This document shows positions 49,360-59,838 of a stretch of DNA of 64,000 nt, one piece after another. The stretch spans positions 65,902-129,901 of the forward strand of contig JAKAFB010000001.1 in assembly GCA_021818105.1 (NCBI GenBank), in the 5' to 3' direction. This DNA comes from Acidobacteriota bacterium. GTDB lineage: Bacteria > Acidobacteriota > Terriglobia > Terriglobales > Acidobacteriaceae. The notes under the pieces were generated by a model, which saw only the letters and a program-made list of their open reading frames with translations, had not been told where the DNA came from and made no database searches. Both the position numbers and the translations under genes were made by a program. How positions within the stretch are numbered: position 1 is the first letter of the stretch; the number at the start of each line of letters is the position of its first letter.

Positions 49360-50133
49360 ATGCAAAGGGCACGGGTTCTATTCCTTGCAGTCCTGTTTCT
49401 CGCGGGTGCGGTCTCAGGAGCCGAAGGTGTAAACAGGGGTGGAAAAGGGATGCTGACCTCCGAGTATCTGAGCTCCGACTTCCGTCCGGATGGAGATCTG
49501 ACGAAGCCGATATGGGCTAAGGCAACGCGCGTCCGCTTCGACCGGGATGCGTTTGACGAACCTCTTGTGTACCCCGACCTGGAAACCATGGTGGCCAGCC
49601 GGTGGACGCAGAGGTATCTTTACCTCGCATTCTGGTGCCGTTATGTTCGCCTGGATTTCTTCAAGGGTGAAGAGCCAGCTGTGGAGCGCTGGCAGTTGTG
49701 GGATCGCGATGTGGTTGAGGTATTTCTGAGTCCACATCATGAGCAGAGGAGCCGCTACTACGAGTTTGAGGTTGCTCCGAACAACCAATGGATCGACCTT
49801 GCGGTGGACCTGGGTGCGAAGCCGAAGCCGGTGCATGACATGCAGTGGAACTCCGGCTTCGAGCATGTCGCGAAGATCGACGCGGCACGGCGGGAGTGGA
49901 CGGTGGAGATGCGGATTCCCATGGCGTCGATGGGTACGGCGCATGTGGAGGAAGGCACGGAGTGGCGGGTGAATTTCTATCGCGCGGATGGAGAAAACAA
50001 CCAAAGACGGGACGAGCAGAAGCTTCTGAGCTGGAGGCCGATGCCGCTTGCCAACGGCTCGTTTCATCAGCCGGCCTCGTTCGGCGTGCTTCGGTTTGTG
50101 CAGACGGAAGGGCAGGAACAAAAGGAGAGATGA
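49360..50133 (+). CDS. Secreted CBM9-like sugar-binding protein
   Basis: Signal peptide, DVVEVF, YYEFEVAP, WTVEMRIP, WRVNFYR; start codon uncertain. Confidence 0.75.
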   Translation: MQRARVLFLAVLFLAGAVSGAEGVNRGGKGMLTSEYLSSDFRPDGDLTKPIWAKATRVRFDRDAFDEPLVYPDLETMVASRWTQRYLYLAFWCRYVRLDFFKGEEPAVERWQLWDRDVVEVFLSPHHEQRSRYYEFEVAPNNQWIDLAVDLGAKPKPVHDMQWNSGFEHVAKIDAARREWTVEMRIPMASMGTAHVEEGTEWRVNFYRADGENNQRRDEQKLLSWRPMPLANGSFHQPASFGVLRFVQTEGQEQKER

Positions 50134-53100
50134 GCATGACCGCAGAATTCAGGAAGCTTTGTCTGTTGTTTTGTTTGGCTGTTGTCGTGGCGCTTGCCGC
50201 GCCTGCTATTGCAGCGCCGGTACGCGTCCAGGAATCGGAGATTGTGATTCCTACGTATCTCATGGGGCCGCAGGATCCGAATCCTCCGTTTGCCCTGATG
50301 AATCCGCGGCATGTCTATCCCTATACGATGCTGGACGACCTGACGAATAAGCGTGAGCCGAAGACGTACCGCGCGATTGTATTGGAGAACGAATTTCTGC
50401 GCGCCACGATTCTGCCCGGTCTCGGATCCCGGCTGTATTCGCTGTACGACAAGGTTGATCGCCGTGAGGTTTTCTACTGCAACCACGTCGTCAAATACGC
50501 TCTGATCGGGTTGCGCGGCGCATGGATCTCTGGCGGCATCGAATTCAACTTTCCCAACGGCCATACGACAGATACGGTATCGCCGGTTTCTTCCTGGTAC
50601 GGTAGAAATGCCGACGGCAGCGCGACGGTGTTTCTAGGCGATGTGGACCAGGTCTCCGGAATGTACTGGCAGGTGGCGCTGACGCTGCGACCCGGCGCGG
50701 CCGCGCTCGAGGAGCGCGTTACTCTTTTGAATCCCACGCCGCTCAGCAAGCTTTACTGGTTCTGGGACAACGCGGCGGTATCCGCCCCGGACGACCTGCA
50801 TTACGTCTATCCAATGCGCGAAGTGAATCCGGACGAGCCGGGAGTTGACTGGAGCTATCCATTCTGGCAGGGTACGGACTACAGCCAGTACAAGAACATC
50901 CACCCGCCAACGGAGATCTTCGCAGCCGGCGTGCATCGGAATTTCTACGGTGCGTACTTTACGCAGTCTGACTACGGCATTGTGCATTTTGCGGACTATC
51001 GCGAGATGACTGGAAAGAAGATCTGGACCTGGGGTATATCAGGCAGAGGACTGATTTGGACCGATCTGTTGACCGATCGCGATGGACCCTACAGCGAGAT
51101 CCAGGCAGGACGGTTTGCCACGCAGTTGAACCGGGAGTTTATGATGCCGCAGGATGTCGAGTCGTGGACGGAGTACTGGTATCCGGTGCGGAAGCTGGGC
51201 GAAGGTTTTGTCGAAGCGACGCGGCAGGTTGCTCTCAATCTTCGAGTAGAAGCCGGTCCGCGGCGAGCTGGGACGATGGAGATCTCTGTCAGTCCCGTCG
51301 AAGGGGTTCAGGATGCCCGGATCGTGGTCAGCCTGAAGGGAGAGACGCCTCGTACGATCGGGCCGGTAACTTTGGCGCCGCTGGCGGCGCAGAGCTTTTC
51401 GATTCCCGTTGCGGATGCGCAGGAAGCGAAACAGTCTGCCGAGGTGAAGGTGCTGGACGGAGCAGGGAAAACAATTCTACAGTGGAGCGCAGCCGAGCCC
51501 ATAGATGGAAATCCGGATTTTGTCTCGCAAGTGGGAGCACCTGCGCCACGACAGGTTCCTGCGGATCGATTAACTTCGTCTGGATTGCTTCTGCGTGCTT
51601 TTGAGAAAGAGAAAGAAGGCGATGCACAGGGGGCAAAGCAGCTATTTTCCGAGGTTCTCAAACGCGATCCTGAGTCCATCCCTGCATTGCGCCAGATGGC
51701 GATGGAGCATTATCGCGCGGGGGATTTCGCAGCAGCAGGCGCGGAGATCGGGCGGGCTGTTGCACTGGACGATAGCGACGCAGAGAGCCAGTATCTTGCA
51801 GGGCTTGTGGATCGCGCCCAGGGAAGGCTTTTTGCCGCAAAGGACTCTTTCTGGATTGCGGTGAGGCACGGCAGAATGCAGCCCCAGTCCCTGATGCAGC
51901 TAGGAGAGATTGAGATAGCACAGGGGGATGCAGGCAGCGCGGAGAAATTGCTGCGCGCGGCGATTGAGGAAGACCGCGGCGATGCACGGACGCAAAGCGA
52001 TCTGGCTGTGGCGTTGCGACACGAAGGCAAACTGGAGGAGGCGAGCCGCACAATTGCCAGCGCGTGCGCGGGAATGCCGCTCTATCCACTGGCCCTGGCG
52101 GAGCAGTGGAGGGTCGCATCTGCGAACGCACAAGAAGAACCCGCAGCGGCGCAGCAAGTCGAGCAGCAATGGAGCCGCGCCGCCGGAGACCGGGAGCAGA
52201 GTTATCTTGAAGCGGCAACCTGGTATGAAGAGCTGCACGACTGGCCGGCGGCAGATTTCATTTTGCATGCTGCACTGAGGAAGATGTCTCCGCAAATGGT
52301 TTCGGCGATGCTGTATTACCACCTGGCTTTCAACGCGCAGCAGGAAGAACAGGAACAAGCCGCGCGTGCCTATGCGGTAAAGGCGCGTGCCGCGCGCTAC
52401 GAAGAGATTTTCATCAACCGGCTCGATGATGTCGCGGTGCTGGAAGACGCCCTTCGGGTGGATCCATCGGATGCCCATGCACAATATCTGCTGGGTAACT
52501 TCTACTTTCAATACGGACGCTATGCCGACGCGAACCGCCTGTGGCAGCAGGCCAGGGACTCCGGCTTCGATTATTCGGTTCTCTACCGCAATCTGGCGCT
52601 ATTCACGTGGAAGATCGAGATGAACAATGCGCAGGCAGCCGATCTGTACCGGCAGGCAATCCGTCTCGCGCCGCACGATTTTCATCTGTATCGCGACCTG
52701 GACGAGATTCAAACCGCGATGGGCGCCACCGAGGCGCGCAGCGCAATGTTTGCTTCAGCTCCGAACGACGTGCTGGAGCACGATCCGGTGCGAGTGCGTT
52801 ATATTTTGTTGCTGCTACAGAAGGGCGATCCCGATCAGGCGCTGGGCTTGATGCAGGGACACGACTTCAGGCCGTGGGAAGGCGGACAGAACATGCACGA
52901 CTTATTCGCGTATGCCTGTATCGAGGCAGGCCGCAAGCGGTTGGCAGAGGGCAAACACGCAGCGGCAGAGTCAAGCATTAAGCGTTCGTTTACGTATCCA
53001 GAGAACCTGGGAGTTGGCAAGCCGGACGATGCGGACGATGCGGCAGGGCTTTATTGGCTGGGCACTGCGCGAAAGCAGATTGGAGACGGCGCAGGGGCGG

Positions 53101-53405
53101 ACAGCACGTGGAAGAAGGCATTGGAGCAGCGCGGCGGAGGGAAGATCGCAGCATACTACCAGTCGCTGGCTCTGGAGCAACTTGGGGAGAAGGCGCAGGC
53201 CGGTGCCCGGCTGACACAATTGGCGGAAGCGCCACACCAGCCCGGTTCCAAGGATGAAGACTCGGCGGAGAGCTACTATGCGGCGGGAATGGCCGAGCAG
53301 CACAGGGGACAGTCGCAGCAGGCTGCGGCGGATCTCCAGAAGGCGCTGTCGCTGGATCCCTCCTTCTGGCAGGCCCAACTGGAATTGGCGAAGTTGCGGC
53401 CCTGA
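50130..53405 (+). CDS. DUF5107 domain + TPR repeat secreted protein
   Basis: Signal peptide, LENEFLRATILPGLGSRLYS, RGAWISGGIEFN, KKIWTWG, EIQAG; long C-terminal TPR array. Confidence 0.85.
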   Translation: MSMTAEFRKLCLLFCLAVVVALAAPAIAAPVRVQESEIVIPTYLMGPQDPNPPFALMNPRHVYPYTMLDDLTNKREPKTYRAIVLENEFLRATILPGLGSRLYSLYDKVDRREVFYCNHVVKYALIGLRGAWISGGIEFNFPNGHTTDTVSPVSSWYGRNADGSATVFLGDVDQVSGMYWQVALTLRPGAAALEERVTLLNPTPLSKLYWFWDNAAVSAPDDLHYVYPMREVNPDEPGVDWSYPFWQGTDYSQYKNIHPPTEIFAAGVHRNFYGAYFTQSDYGIVHFADYREMTGKKIWTWGISGRGLIWTDLLTDRDGPYSEIQAGRFATQLNREFMMPQDVESWTEYWYPVRKLGEGFVEATRQVALNLRVEAGPRRAGTMEISVSPVEGVQDARIVVSLKGETPRTIGPVTLAPLAAQSFSIPVADAQEAKQSAEVKVLDGAGKTILQWSAAEPIDGNPDFVSQVGAPAPRQVPADRLTSSGLLLRAFEKEKEGDAQGAKQLFSEVLKRDPESIPALRQMAMEHYRAGDFAAAGAEIGRAVALDDSDAESQYLAGLVDRAQGRLFAAKDSFWIAVRHGRMQPQSLMQLGEIEIAQGDAGSAEKLLRAAIEEDRGDARTQSDLAVALRHEGKLEEASRTIASACAGMPLYPLALAEQWRVASANAQEEPAAAQQVEQQWSRAAGDREQSYLEAATWYEELHDWPAADFILHAALRKMSPQMVSAMLYYHLAFNAQQEEQEQAARAYAVKARAARYEEIFINRLDDVAVLEDALRVDPSDAHAQYLLGNFYFQYGRYADANRLWQQARDSGFDYSVLYRNLALFTWKIEMNNAQAADLYRQAIRLAPHDFHLYRDLDEIQTAMGATEARSAMFASAPNDVLEHDPVRVRYILLLLQKGDPDQALGLMQGHDFRPWEGGQNMHDLFAYACIEAGRKRLAEGKHAAAESSIKRSFTYPENLGVGKPDDADDAAGLYWLGTARKQIGDGAGADSTWKKALEQRGGGKIAAYYQSLALEQLGEKAQAGARLTQLAEAPHQPGSKDEDSAESYYAAGMAEQHRGQSQQAAADLQKALSLDPSFWQAQLELAKLRP

Positions 53406-53450
53406 CCGGAGCAGGGGAGGCCGCGGCCGGCAACGCGTAGAGGCGCTGGC

Positions 53451-55046
53451 TCAACTCCAGCCGGGCGCTTCGATTGCCTGCGCCTGCAGCGGGAACGATC
53501 CGTCGTCATTCAGCGGCTGTTGGCAGGCCCAGCGCACGGGCCGCTCAACTCCGGCTTTCGTGACCAGATGCGCCGACAACCTGAGCTCAACGGCGCCGGT
53601 TCCGGCAGGGAGCACGAAGGCGGCCTGGCGGACTTTGCCGGCATAGGGTTGTCCTGCGTCGAGCACGCCACTTCGCCGAATCGATCCATCCTTGCTTTCG
53701 AGCGTGAGCCGGAGGAAGCCTGGGATGCCGGCGACCCCGGCGTTGGCCACGCCGACGATAACTTCCGTTGTGTCCCAGCGCTTTCGTTGCCAGATCCAGG
53801 CAGGACGAAGGCGGTATCCGATGCGCTGCTGGAGGGCGCGGAATCCATCGGGGTAACGCTGGTTGTATTGCTCGAGATTTCCAGCTTCGGTCCAGAGCGA
53901 CCAATAATTGGCGCCGAGATCGAGGGTGTGCAGCATGGCGTTTTCGCGGAGATTGATGCCTGCGCTGTCGACCGGGATGGTGGAACACTTGTAGTCGCGA
54001 TAAGAGCCATCCTCCATGACGACAGCGAGCCAAGGAGGGCAATTACCGAGTTCTTCGATTTGAATGGGTTCCTCGTCGATGATGCTGTCGGAGCGCAGCC
54101 AGCAGCCGGCGCGCATGGCCATTGCCACCACAGCGTCGTTGCCGGCACGGCTGATGTCGGGCTGCGTGTTGACCGCAAGCTGGGTCCGCTTCCAGGTCTC
54201 CAACTGCACGCGCGTGAGATGGAGAAAGGTTTGCTGAGCGGCAGGAAAATCCTGGAATGGCGCATGCATGTGGTGGGTGTGCCCTTCACCCCAGAAGCCG
54301 TACATCATCAGATCCATGAACTCGATCAACGGATCGCCGTCAAAACGGCCGGCCAGCAGCTCATTTAGCTCGCGAAAGGCGTTCTGGAAGGCCGGGCTGT
54401 CGTAGCGCGGTTCCACAAAGTCAATCTCCCGTCCACGGAACATGCGGCGTCCGATGTGCGCCAGCGGCACGGTGCGTTGCAGAAAATCGGGCAGCGCCAG
54501 CCGTTTGGGCTCGAACTCGGGATTGGACATCTGGACACGAAAGGCCACCCGCAGACCATGACGGCGGGCAGCATCGAGCGTCAGCTCCCACATCGGATGC
54601 AGATCTAGTTTGCCTGCCTGCGATTGCACGTCGCGCCAGTCGCAGCGGATATAAAGCAGGTCGACAAAGGGAAGGCTGGCCATCTGCTCCACGGCCTGCT
54701 CCAGCGTCTGTTTGCCATTGCGCACCTTGAGTGCAGGTCCATTCTCTTCCCATGTATAGCCGACGAGGCCAAGGCCGAAGTTCCGGATGTGCGCATACGA
54801 GGGGGTTGTAACCGCGAGAGTCCGTTCGCCCGTATCTTGCGTAGCGTAGAACGGTCCCTGATCGAGACGGTCGACCGCGATGGGCAGAGCGCAGACCGGG
54901 TCAGGGAGGCGCTCGGCAACTGTCGCGGCTTGCGCAGGAAAACCTGCGGCGGCTCCAGCGGCCATGCCGGCGCGGAGAAAGTTGCGCCGCGAAAGTTGCC
55001 AGCCTAGCAGCTCGTCTGGATTCACTGATGTTTGAGTCGGCTTCAT
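53451..55046 (-). CDS. Tat-exported TIM-barrel glycoside-hydrolase-like protein
   Basis: SRRNFLR signal, YIRCDWRDVQ, GFWGEGH, RIGYRL; resembles GH42/DUF4832-like proteins. Confidence 0.6.
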   Translation of the reverse strand: MKPTQTSVNPDELLGWQLSRRNFLRAGMAAGAAAGFPAQAATVAERLPDPVCALPIAVDRLDQGPFYATQDTGERTLAVTTPSYAHIRNFGLGLVGYTWEENGPALKVRNGKQTLEQAVEQMASLPFVDLLYIRCDWRDVQSQAGKLDLHPMWELTLDAARRHGLRVAFRVQMSNPEFEPKRLALPDFLQRTVPLAHIGRRMFRGREIDFVEPRYDSPAFQNAFRELNELLAGRFDGDPLIEFMDLMMYGFWGEGHTHHMHAPFQDFPAAQQTFLHLTRVQLETWKRTQLAVNTQPDISRAGNDAVVAMAMRAGCWLRSDSIIDEEPIQIEELGNCPPWLAVVMEDGSYRDYKCSTIPVDSAGINLRENAMLHTLDLGANYWSLWTEAGNLEQYNQRYPDGFRALQQRIGYRLRPAWIWQRKRWDTTEVIVGVANAGVAGIPGFLRLTLESKDGSIRRSGVLDAGQPYAGKVRQAAFVLPAGTGAVELRLSAHLVTKAGVERPVRWACQQPLNDDGSFPLQAQAIEAPGWS

Positions 55047-55121
55047 TCCAAAACCTGTCCTTCGGCGCCGCGGTCTCAAAACAGGATTACTGCACGGCTA
55101 ACGCCGATACGCCAATACAGC

Positions 55122-56084
55122 CTACCCATAGATCTTATCGAGCAATCCCTCGATGAAACGTCTGGAGTCTCTGAGAATCCGAAGGTTTTCGGACCCGGAG
55201 GTTTCTGTCTCGAACGTGAGAGGACCGCGATAGCCCACTTGCTTGAGCTGTTCCAAAACCCGTGGAAAATCGACGTTTCCGCTGCCGATCGGCACACCCT
55301 CGCCGAATTCTCTGGGATTGGTGGGGAATCTGCCGTCCTTGATGTGGGTTCCGCGAACCAGAGGTCCGAGGATCGTCATGGCGTCGACCGGGCTGCCCTT
55401 GCCGCATTCGATGAGGTTGGCCACATCCAGATTGACGAAGACATTCGGGAGTCCGGTGTCCTGGATCAGACGCAAAAGCGTGATGGGAGTCTCCTGGCCG
55501 GTTTCGCAAAGAAAATCGAGGCCGCGCTCACTGCAGTAGCTGCCAATCTCGCGTACTGCGGAGACGGCCTGGGGATAAAGCGGATCGTTCGGATCTTCGG
55601 GGATAAAGCCGCAATGCGTATGGATGGCGGGAATTCCGATCTGCGCGGCGATGTCGGCTGCCATCTTGAGATTGCGGATGCGGGCCGCCCGCATGGAGGG
55701 TGGAATTATTCCGATGGTTAAAGGCCCTTCGTAGAAGTTGAAGACACGCTCGAAAACCTCCGGACCATGCTCGGAAAATGCGGTCGCCGTGATTCCAAAC
55801 TTGTGTAAGACGTTCATGACCGGCACTGCGACATCAGGCGTGAGGTTTTTGAAACCGATCTGACAGGTCGGCAGGTCGAGGTCGTGAATCTGTCGGATGG
55901 ATGCCTCGATGGACTCACTGTCGTGCACCCAGATGACGGCGCCAAGCGGCGGACGTGGACTGGGACGGGGCGTAGTCGATGTGGCCGCGAAGACTGGGGC
56001 CTGTCCCGGTGAGGGCGCGGCCAGACCGGAGAGAGACGCGGCACCAGCCAACTGTATGAAGTGACGACGACTTACGAGGTCCAT
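55122..56084 (-). CDS. Tat-exported sugar phosphate isomerase/epimerase (xylose-isomerase-like TIM barrel)
   Basis: SRRHFIQ signal, CETGQE, NLDVAN, THIKDG, TFETE. Confidence 0.85.
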   Translation of the reverse strand: MDLVSRRHFIQLAGAASLSGLAAPSPGQAPVFAATSTTPRPSPRPPLGAVIWVHDSESIEASIRQIHDLDLPTCQIGFKNLTPDVAVPVMNVLHKFGITATAFSEHGPEVFERVFNFYEGPLTIGIIPPSMRAARIRNLKMAADIAAQIGIPAIHTHCGFIPEDPNDPLYPQAVSAVREIGSYCSERGLDFLCETGQETPITLLRLIQDTGLPNVFVNLDVANLIECGKGSPVDAMTILGPLVRGTHIKDGRFPTNPREFGEGVPIGSGNVDFPRVLEQLKQVGYRGPLTFETETSGSENLRILRDSRRFIEGLLDKIYG

Positions 56085-56328
56085 GGACAATCTCCCGGTG
56101 ATTCGAAGGAGGTGTGCGCCGTTCAGGTAAAGATCAGCGAACTGGTGGGGAAACTCTATCGCACACTCTTCGTGATCAGTATACAGAAAGAGAAAATATT
56201 CATAACTATAAATAAATATATGTAACGAACTGTTGTAATATTTCCGAAATGACGAGAAATTGACCGAGGAATTGATGACTGCTGTCGGAGAGGAGCCTTC
56301 GAGGGCCCCACAAAGGACTGAGAGACCG

Positions 56329-57606
56329 ATGAGGCAGGCCCGCATCTTTTACGGCTGGTGGGTGGTGCTCGCGGCATTTCTGAATCTGTTTTTTTCCGTA
56401 GGTGTGATTTACTACGGCTTTCCGGTTTTCTATCCGGCCTTTGTTTCGTCTCTGGGATTTGCGCGAGCCGATATGTCGCAGGGATTCCTGATAGGAGCAT
56501 TTGTCATCGGAATTCCGTTTGGAATGATCACGGGCGCGGTGATCGACAGGATCGGCGCGCGCCGAGTGATTCTATCCGGAGTTGTGATGGTGGGTCTTCC
56601 CCTGGTGCTGATGGGGCTCATGACGCGTCTGTGGCAATACGATCTGCTTTGTATTGCTGAGACTCTCGGATATACGTTAACGGGTCCCATTTCAAATCAG
56701 GTTCTCGTCGCGCGGTGGTTCAAGGGGCGGCGGGGCCAGGCGATGGGCTATGCCTATCTGGGGCTGGGCCTTGGCGGGGTAGTGGCTCCGCCTGCTGCGG
56801 ATTTTCTGATTCGGATGTTTGGTTGGCGGTCGGCGTTGGAAGCATCCGGCGTGGTCATCATGGCTGTGCTGTTTCCGGTTGGGTTCTGGGTGACAAGGTC
56901 GTCTCCGGAGGAGATGGGGCTGTTACCGGACGGGCTCAACGAAACGCCGCAGCTTGAGGCGGAGCCTGAAACGGCCGCGTGCTCGACAAGCACCAAGGAG
57001 GCGCTCGGCAGCGTCAACTTCTGGCTGATTTTGGCGGGGACTGTTTTTGTTCTAGGCGCAATCAACGTTGTCACCCAGCATTTTGTTCTGTACTTGGAGG
57101 ACAAGCATTATTCGTCGACCGCCGCGGCACGGTTTCTTTCTGTGCTGCTCGTTTCCAGTCTCGGAGGGCGCGTGCTGGCGGGCCATATTGCGGACAGGCT
57201 TCGCAAGAAAAATACCATGGCGCTTTTCTATATGCTGATCGGCGCGGGGATGCCGTTGCTGATTTTCGCGGGACATCCGGTCGCCCTGGGAACCTTTGCC
57301 GTGGCCTTCGGATTCGCGATGGGGGCAGACTACATGTTGATTCCGCTGGTGCTGGCGGAGTGTTTTGGAGTATCGAGCCTGGGCATGCTGCTCTCTCTGG
57401 TTGTCGCAGGCTTCTCGATCAGTCAATGGGTTGGTTCGTGGCTGGCGGGAAGGGCTTTTGAGGCTTCGCACGGCTACGAGATTGTGTGGAAAGTGGCCGC
57501 CGCGGCGTGCATCGCCGGAGCTGCCTGCATCTTTGCCGTGCGTCCTAAGTCGAGGCCATGCCCGCAGATGGGATCAACTGATTCCAACGCGTTTGACGCA
57601 CAGTGA
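56329..57606 (+). CDS. MFS transporter (OFA-like)
   Basis: IFYGWWVV, DRIGARRV, RWFKGRRGQAMG; 12 TM. Confidence 0.9.
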   Translation: MRQARIFYGWWVVLAAFLNLFFSVGVIYYGFPVFYPAFVSSLGFARADMSQGFLIGAFVIGIPFGMITGAVIDRIGARRVILSGVVMVGLPLVLMGLMTRLWQYDLLCIAETLGYTLTGPISNQVLVARWFKGRRGQAMGYAYLGLGLGGVVAPPAADFLIRMFGWRSALEASGVVIMAVLFPVGFWVTRSSPEEMGLLPDGLNETPQLEAEPETAACSTSTKEALGSVNFWLILAGTVFVLGAINVVTQHFVLYLEDKHYSSTAAARFLSVLLVSSLGGRVLAGHIADRLRKKNTMALFYMLIGAGMPLLIFAGHPVALGTFAVAFGFAMGADYMLIPLVLAECFGVSSLGMLLSLVVAGFSISQWVGSWLAGRAFEASHGYEIVWKVAAAACIAGAACIFAVRPKSRPCPQMGSTDSNAFDAQ

Positions 57607-57694
57607 AGGAATAGCACCGCGGAATCTAACTCAGAAGTATCTGACGACAACGCCGGCAGGGACCGTTCGTAATTGAGGACAAGTTGAAAGGAAC

Positions 57695-58744
57695 ATGATG
57701 ATGGCAACTTTGCAAAAAAGTTATTCGATCCGGGACGTGGAAGAGCTGGAAGAGATCCTGAGCGAGCCGTCGGAAGCGACGGTGCGCGATCTTGCGTCGG
57801 TGAAAGGAGATATCGTCATCCTTGGCGTGGGCGGCAAGATGGGACCAACACTGGCGCGTATGGCGAAGAAAGCTTCCGAGCGGGCAGGGATCAAACGCCG
57901 CGTGATCGGAGTAGCGCGCTTCGGCGAGCCGGGCCTGCAGGCGCGGCTCAAGTCCTGGGGCGTAGAAACGCACGTTGCCGATCTGCTGGATCCGGAGGTT
58001 TACGACACCCTACCGGATGCGCAGAACGTTGTGTTCATGGCGGGCAGAAAATTCGGCTCAACCGGGCAAGAGTCATTGACATGGGCAATGAACACCTACC
58101 TGCCCACGCCCGTTTGCGAGCGCTACCGCGGCAGCCGCATGGTGGTGTTCTCAACGGGCAATATCTACGGATACTGTCCCGTGGCGTCGATCGGATCGCT
58201 TGAAGACGATGAGCCGCATCCGGTGGGCGAGTACGCCATGAGCTGCCTGGGCCGCGAGCGCATCTTTGAGTACTTCAGCCGCAAGTACGGCACTCCGATG
58301 ACATTCGCCCGAGTGTATTACGCCGTTGAAATGCGTTACGGCGTTCTGGTGGATTTGGCACGGATGGTGTGGGCGGAGCAGCCAGTTCCGTTGGCGATGG
58401 GCTATTTTAACGCGACCTGGCAGGCGGACGCGTCGGCGATGAGCCTGCGCTCCCTGCTCCATGCATCGACACCTCCGCTGGCTCTGAATATCGCTGGCCC
58501 GGAGCTGCTGAGGGTTCGGAGAATCGCCGAAGGGTTTGGCGCATTGCTGGGCAAGCCGGTTCGCTTTGAGGGCGTGGAAGCTGCAGACAGCGTTTTGTGC
58601 GTCGCCGACAAGGCGGCACAATTGTTCGGCTATCCAGAGGTTGGTGTGCGCGACATGATGACCTGGATCGCCGATTGGGTGAAACACGGTAAAGAAAGCC
58701 TTGGAAAACCGACGCACTTCGAAGATCGGAGAGGGAATTATTAG
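57695..58744 (+). CDS. NAD-dependent epimerase/dehydratase
   Basis: LGVGGKMG, MAGRKFG, FSTGNIY, YAMSCLGRER. Confidence 0.85.
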   Translation: MMMATLQKSYSIRDVEELEEILSEPSEATVRDLASVKGDIVILGVGGKMGPTLARMAKKASERAGIKRRVIGVARFGEPGLQARLKSWGVETHVADLLDPEVYDTLPDAQNVVFMAGRKFGSTGQESLTWAMNTYLPTPVCERYRGSRMVVFSTGNIYGYCPVASIGSLEDDEPHPVGEYAMSCLGRERIFEYFSRKYGTPMTFARVYYAVEMRYGVLVDLARMVWAEQPVPLAMGYFNATWQADASAMSLRSLLHASTPPLALNIAGPELLRVRRIAEGFGALLGKPVRFEGVEAADSVLCVADKAAQLFGYPEVGVRDMMTWIADWVKHGKESLGKPTHFEDRRGNY

Positions 58745-58770
58745 GGCTGTTATGCCCCCGGGGGGGAGAA

Positions 58771-59838
58771 ATGACTAAGAAACTGGAACTCGACAAGCTC
58801 CGCGCGCTTCTGAACCGCGGCGCGGTGATTCCTGCGCATCCACTTGCTTTGACGGCGCAGCGCCGGCTCGACGAGCGGCGGCAAAGGGCATTAACGCGTT
58901 ACTACGCCGAGGCCGGTGCCGGCGGCATGGCGATTGGCGTGCACACCACGCAGTTTGCCATACGCGATCCTAAAATCGGACTCTTTGAACCCGTGCTGCA
59001 ACTGGGCGCAGAAGAGATGGATCGCGCGGACCGCAACAGAGAAGATCCGCTGATCCGAATTGGCGGTATCTGCGGCGAAACGGAACAGGCCGTACGGGAG
59101 GCCGAGTTGCTGACCCGGCTTGGTTATCATGCCGGACTGCTGAATCTTGGCGCGCTGCAGAAAACCGACAACGCGGCGCTGATCCGGCACTGCCGTGCGG
59201 TCGCCGAGATCATTCCGGTGATGGGGTTCTATCTGCAGCCCGCGGGCGGGGGGCGTTTGCTGTCCTATCTCTTCTGGCGCGAATTTGTCACCATCGAAAA
59301 TGTAGTAGCCATCAAAATCGCTCCGTTCAATCGTTATCAAACACTCGATGTGGTGCGGGCCGTCGCCGAGTCGGGGCGGGAGATCGCGCTCTATACCGGC
59401 AATGACGATAACATCGTCATGGATCTTGTCACCCCGTTTGTCTTCGAAGCCGGAGGTGAGCAGAGAGAGGTGCGCATCGTTGGTGGACTGCTGGGACATT
59501 GGGCCGTGTGGACCAGGAGCGCTGTGCATTTGCTGCAAGAGTGCCACGCGGCTTCCCACGCAACCGAAATCCCGAAGGATCTGCTACGCAAGACCGTGGA
59601 AGTTACCGATAGCAACGCGGCATTTTTCGACGTGGCGAACCAGTTTGCCGGTTGCATCGCTGGCCTACACGAGGTGCTGCAACGTCAGGGAATCCTCGAA
59701 GGCATCTGGTGCCTGGATCCAAACGAGACTCTCAGCCGGGGGCAGAAAGCAGAGATCGATCGTGTGTATGCAGCCTATCCGCATTGGAACGACGACGGAT
59801 TTGTCCGGCAGGGTCTGGACCGATGGCTTTCGTCGTAG
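58771..59838 (+). CDS. DHDPS/NAL (class I aldolase) family protein
   Basis: IPAHPLAL, GVHTTQF, FYLQPAGGG, AIKIAPF, LYTGNDD. Confidence 0.85.
   Translation: MTKKLELDKLRALLNRGAVIPAHPLALTAQRRLDERRQRALTRYYAEAGAGGMAIGVHTTQFAIRDPKIGLFEPVLQLGAEEMDRADRNREDPLIRIGGICGETEQAVREAELLTRLGYHAGLLNLGALQKTDNAALIRHCRAVAEIIPVMGFYLQPAGGGRLLSYLFWREFVTIENVVAIKIAPFNRYQTLDVVRAVAESGREIALYTGNDDNIVMDLVTPFVFEAGGEQREVRIVGGLLGHWAVWTRSAVHLLQECHAASHATEIPKDLLRKTVEVTDSNAAFFDVANQFAGCIAGLHEVLQRQGILEGIWCLDPNETLSRGQKAEIDRVYAAYPHWNDDGFVRQGLDRWLSS

Noticed and set aside
49356-49364. GGGTATGCA partial match to the ICE box
   Set aside because: Only 9 nt, lacks the AAAAAGCAT half and overlaps a start codon; likely chance.
56085-56345. 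87-aa N-terminal extension of the TIM-barrel epimerase ORF
   Set aside because: AT-rich divergent promoter region; the Tat signal begins at ATG 56084.
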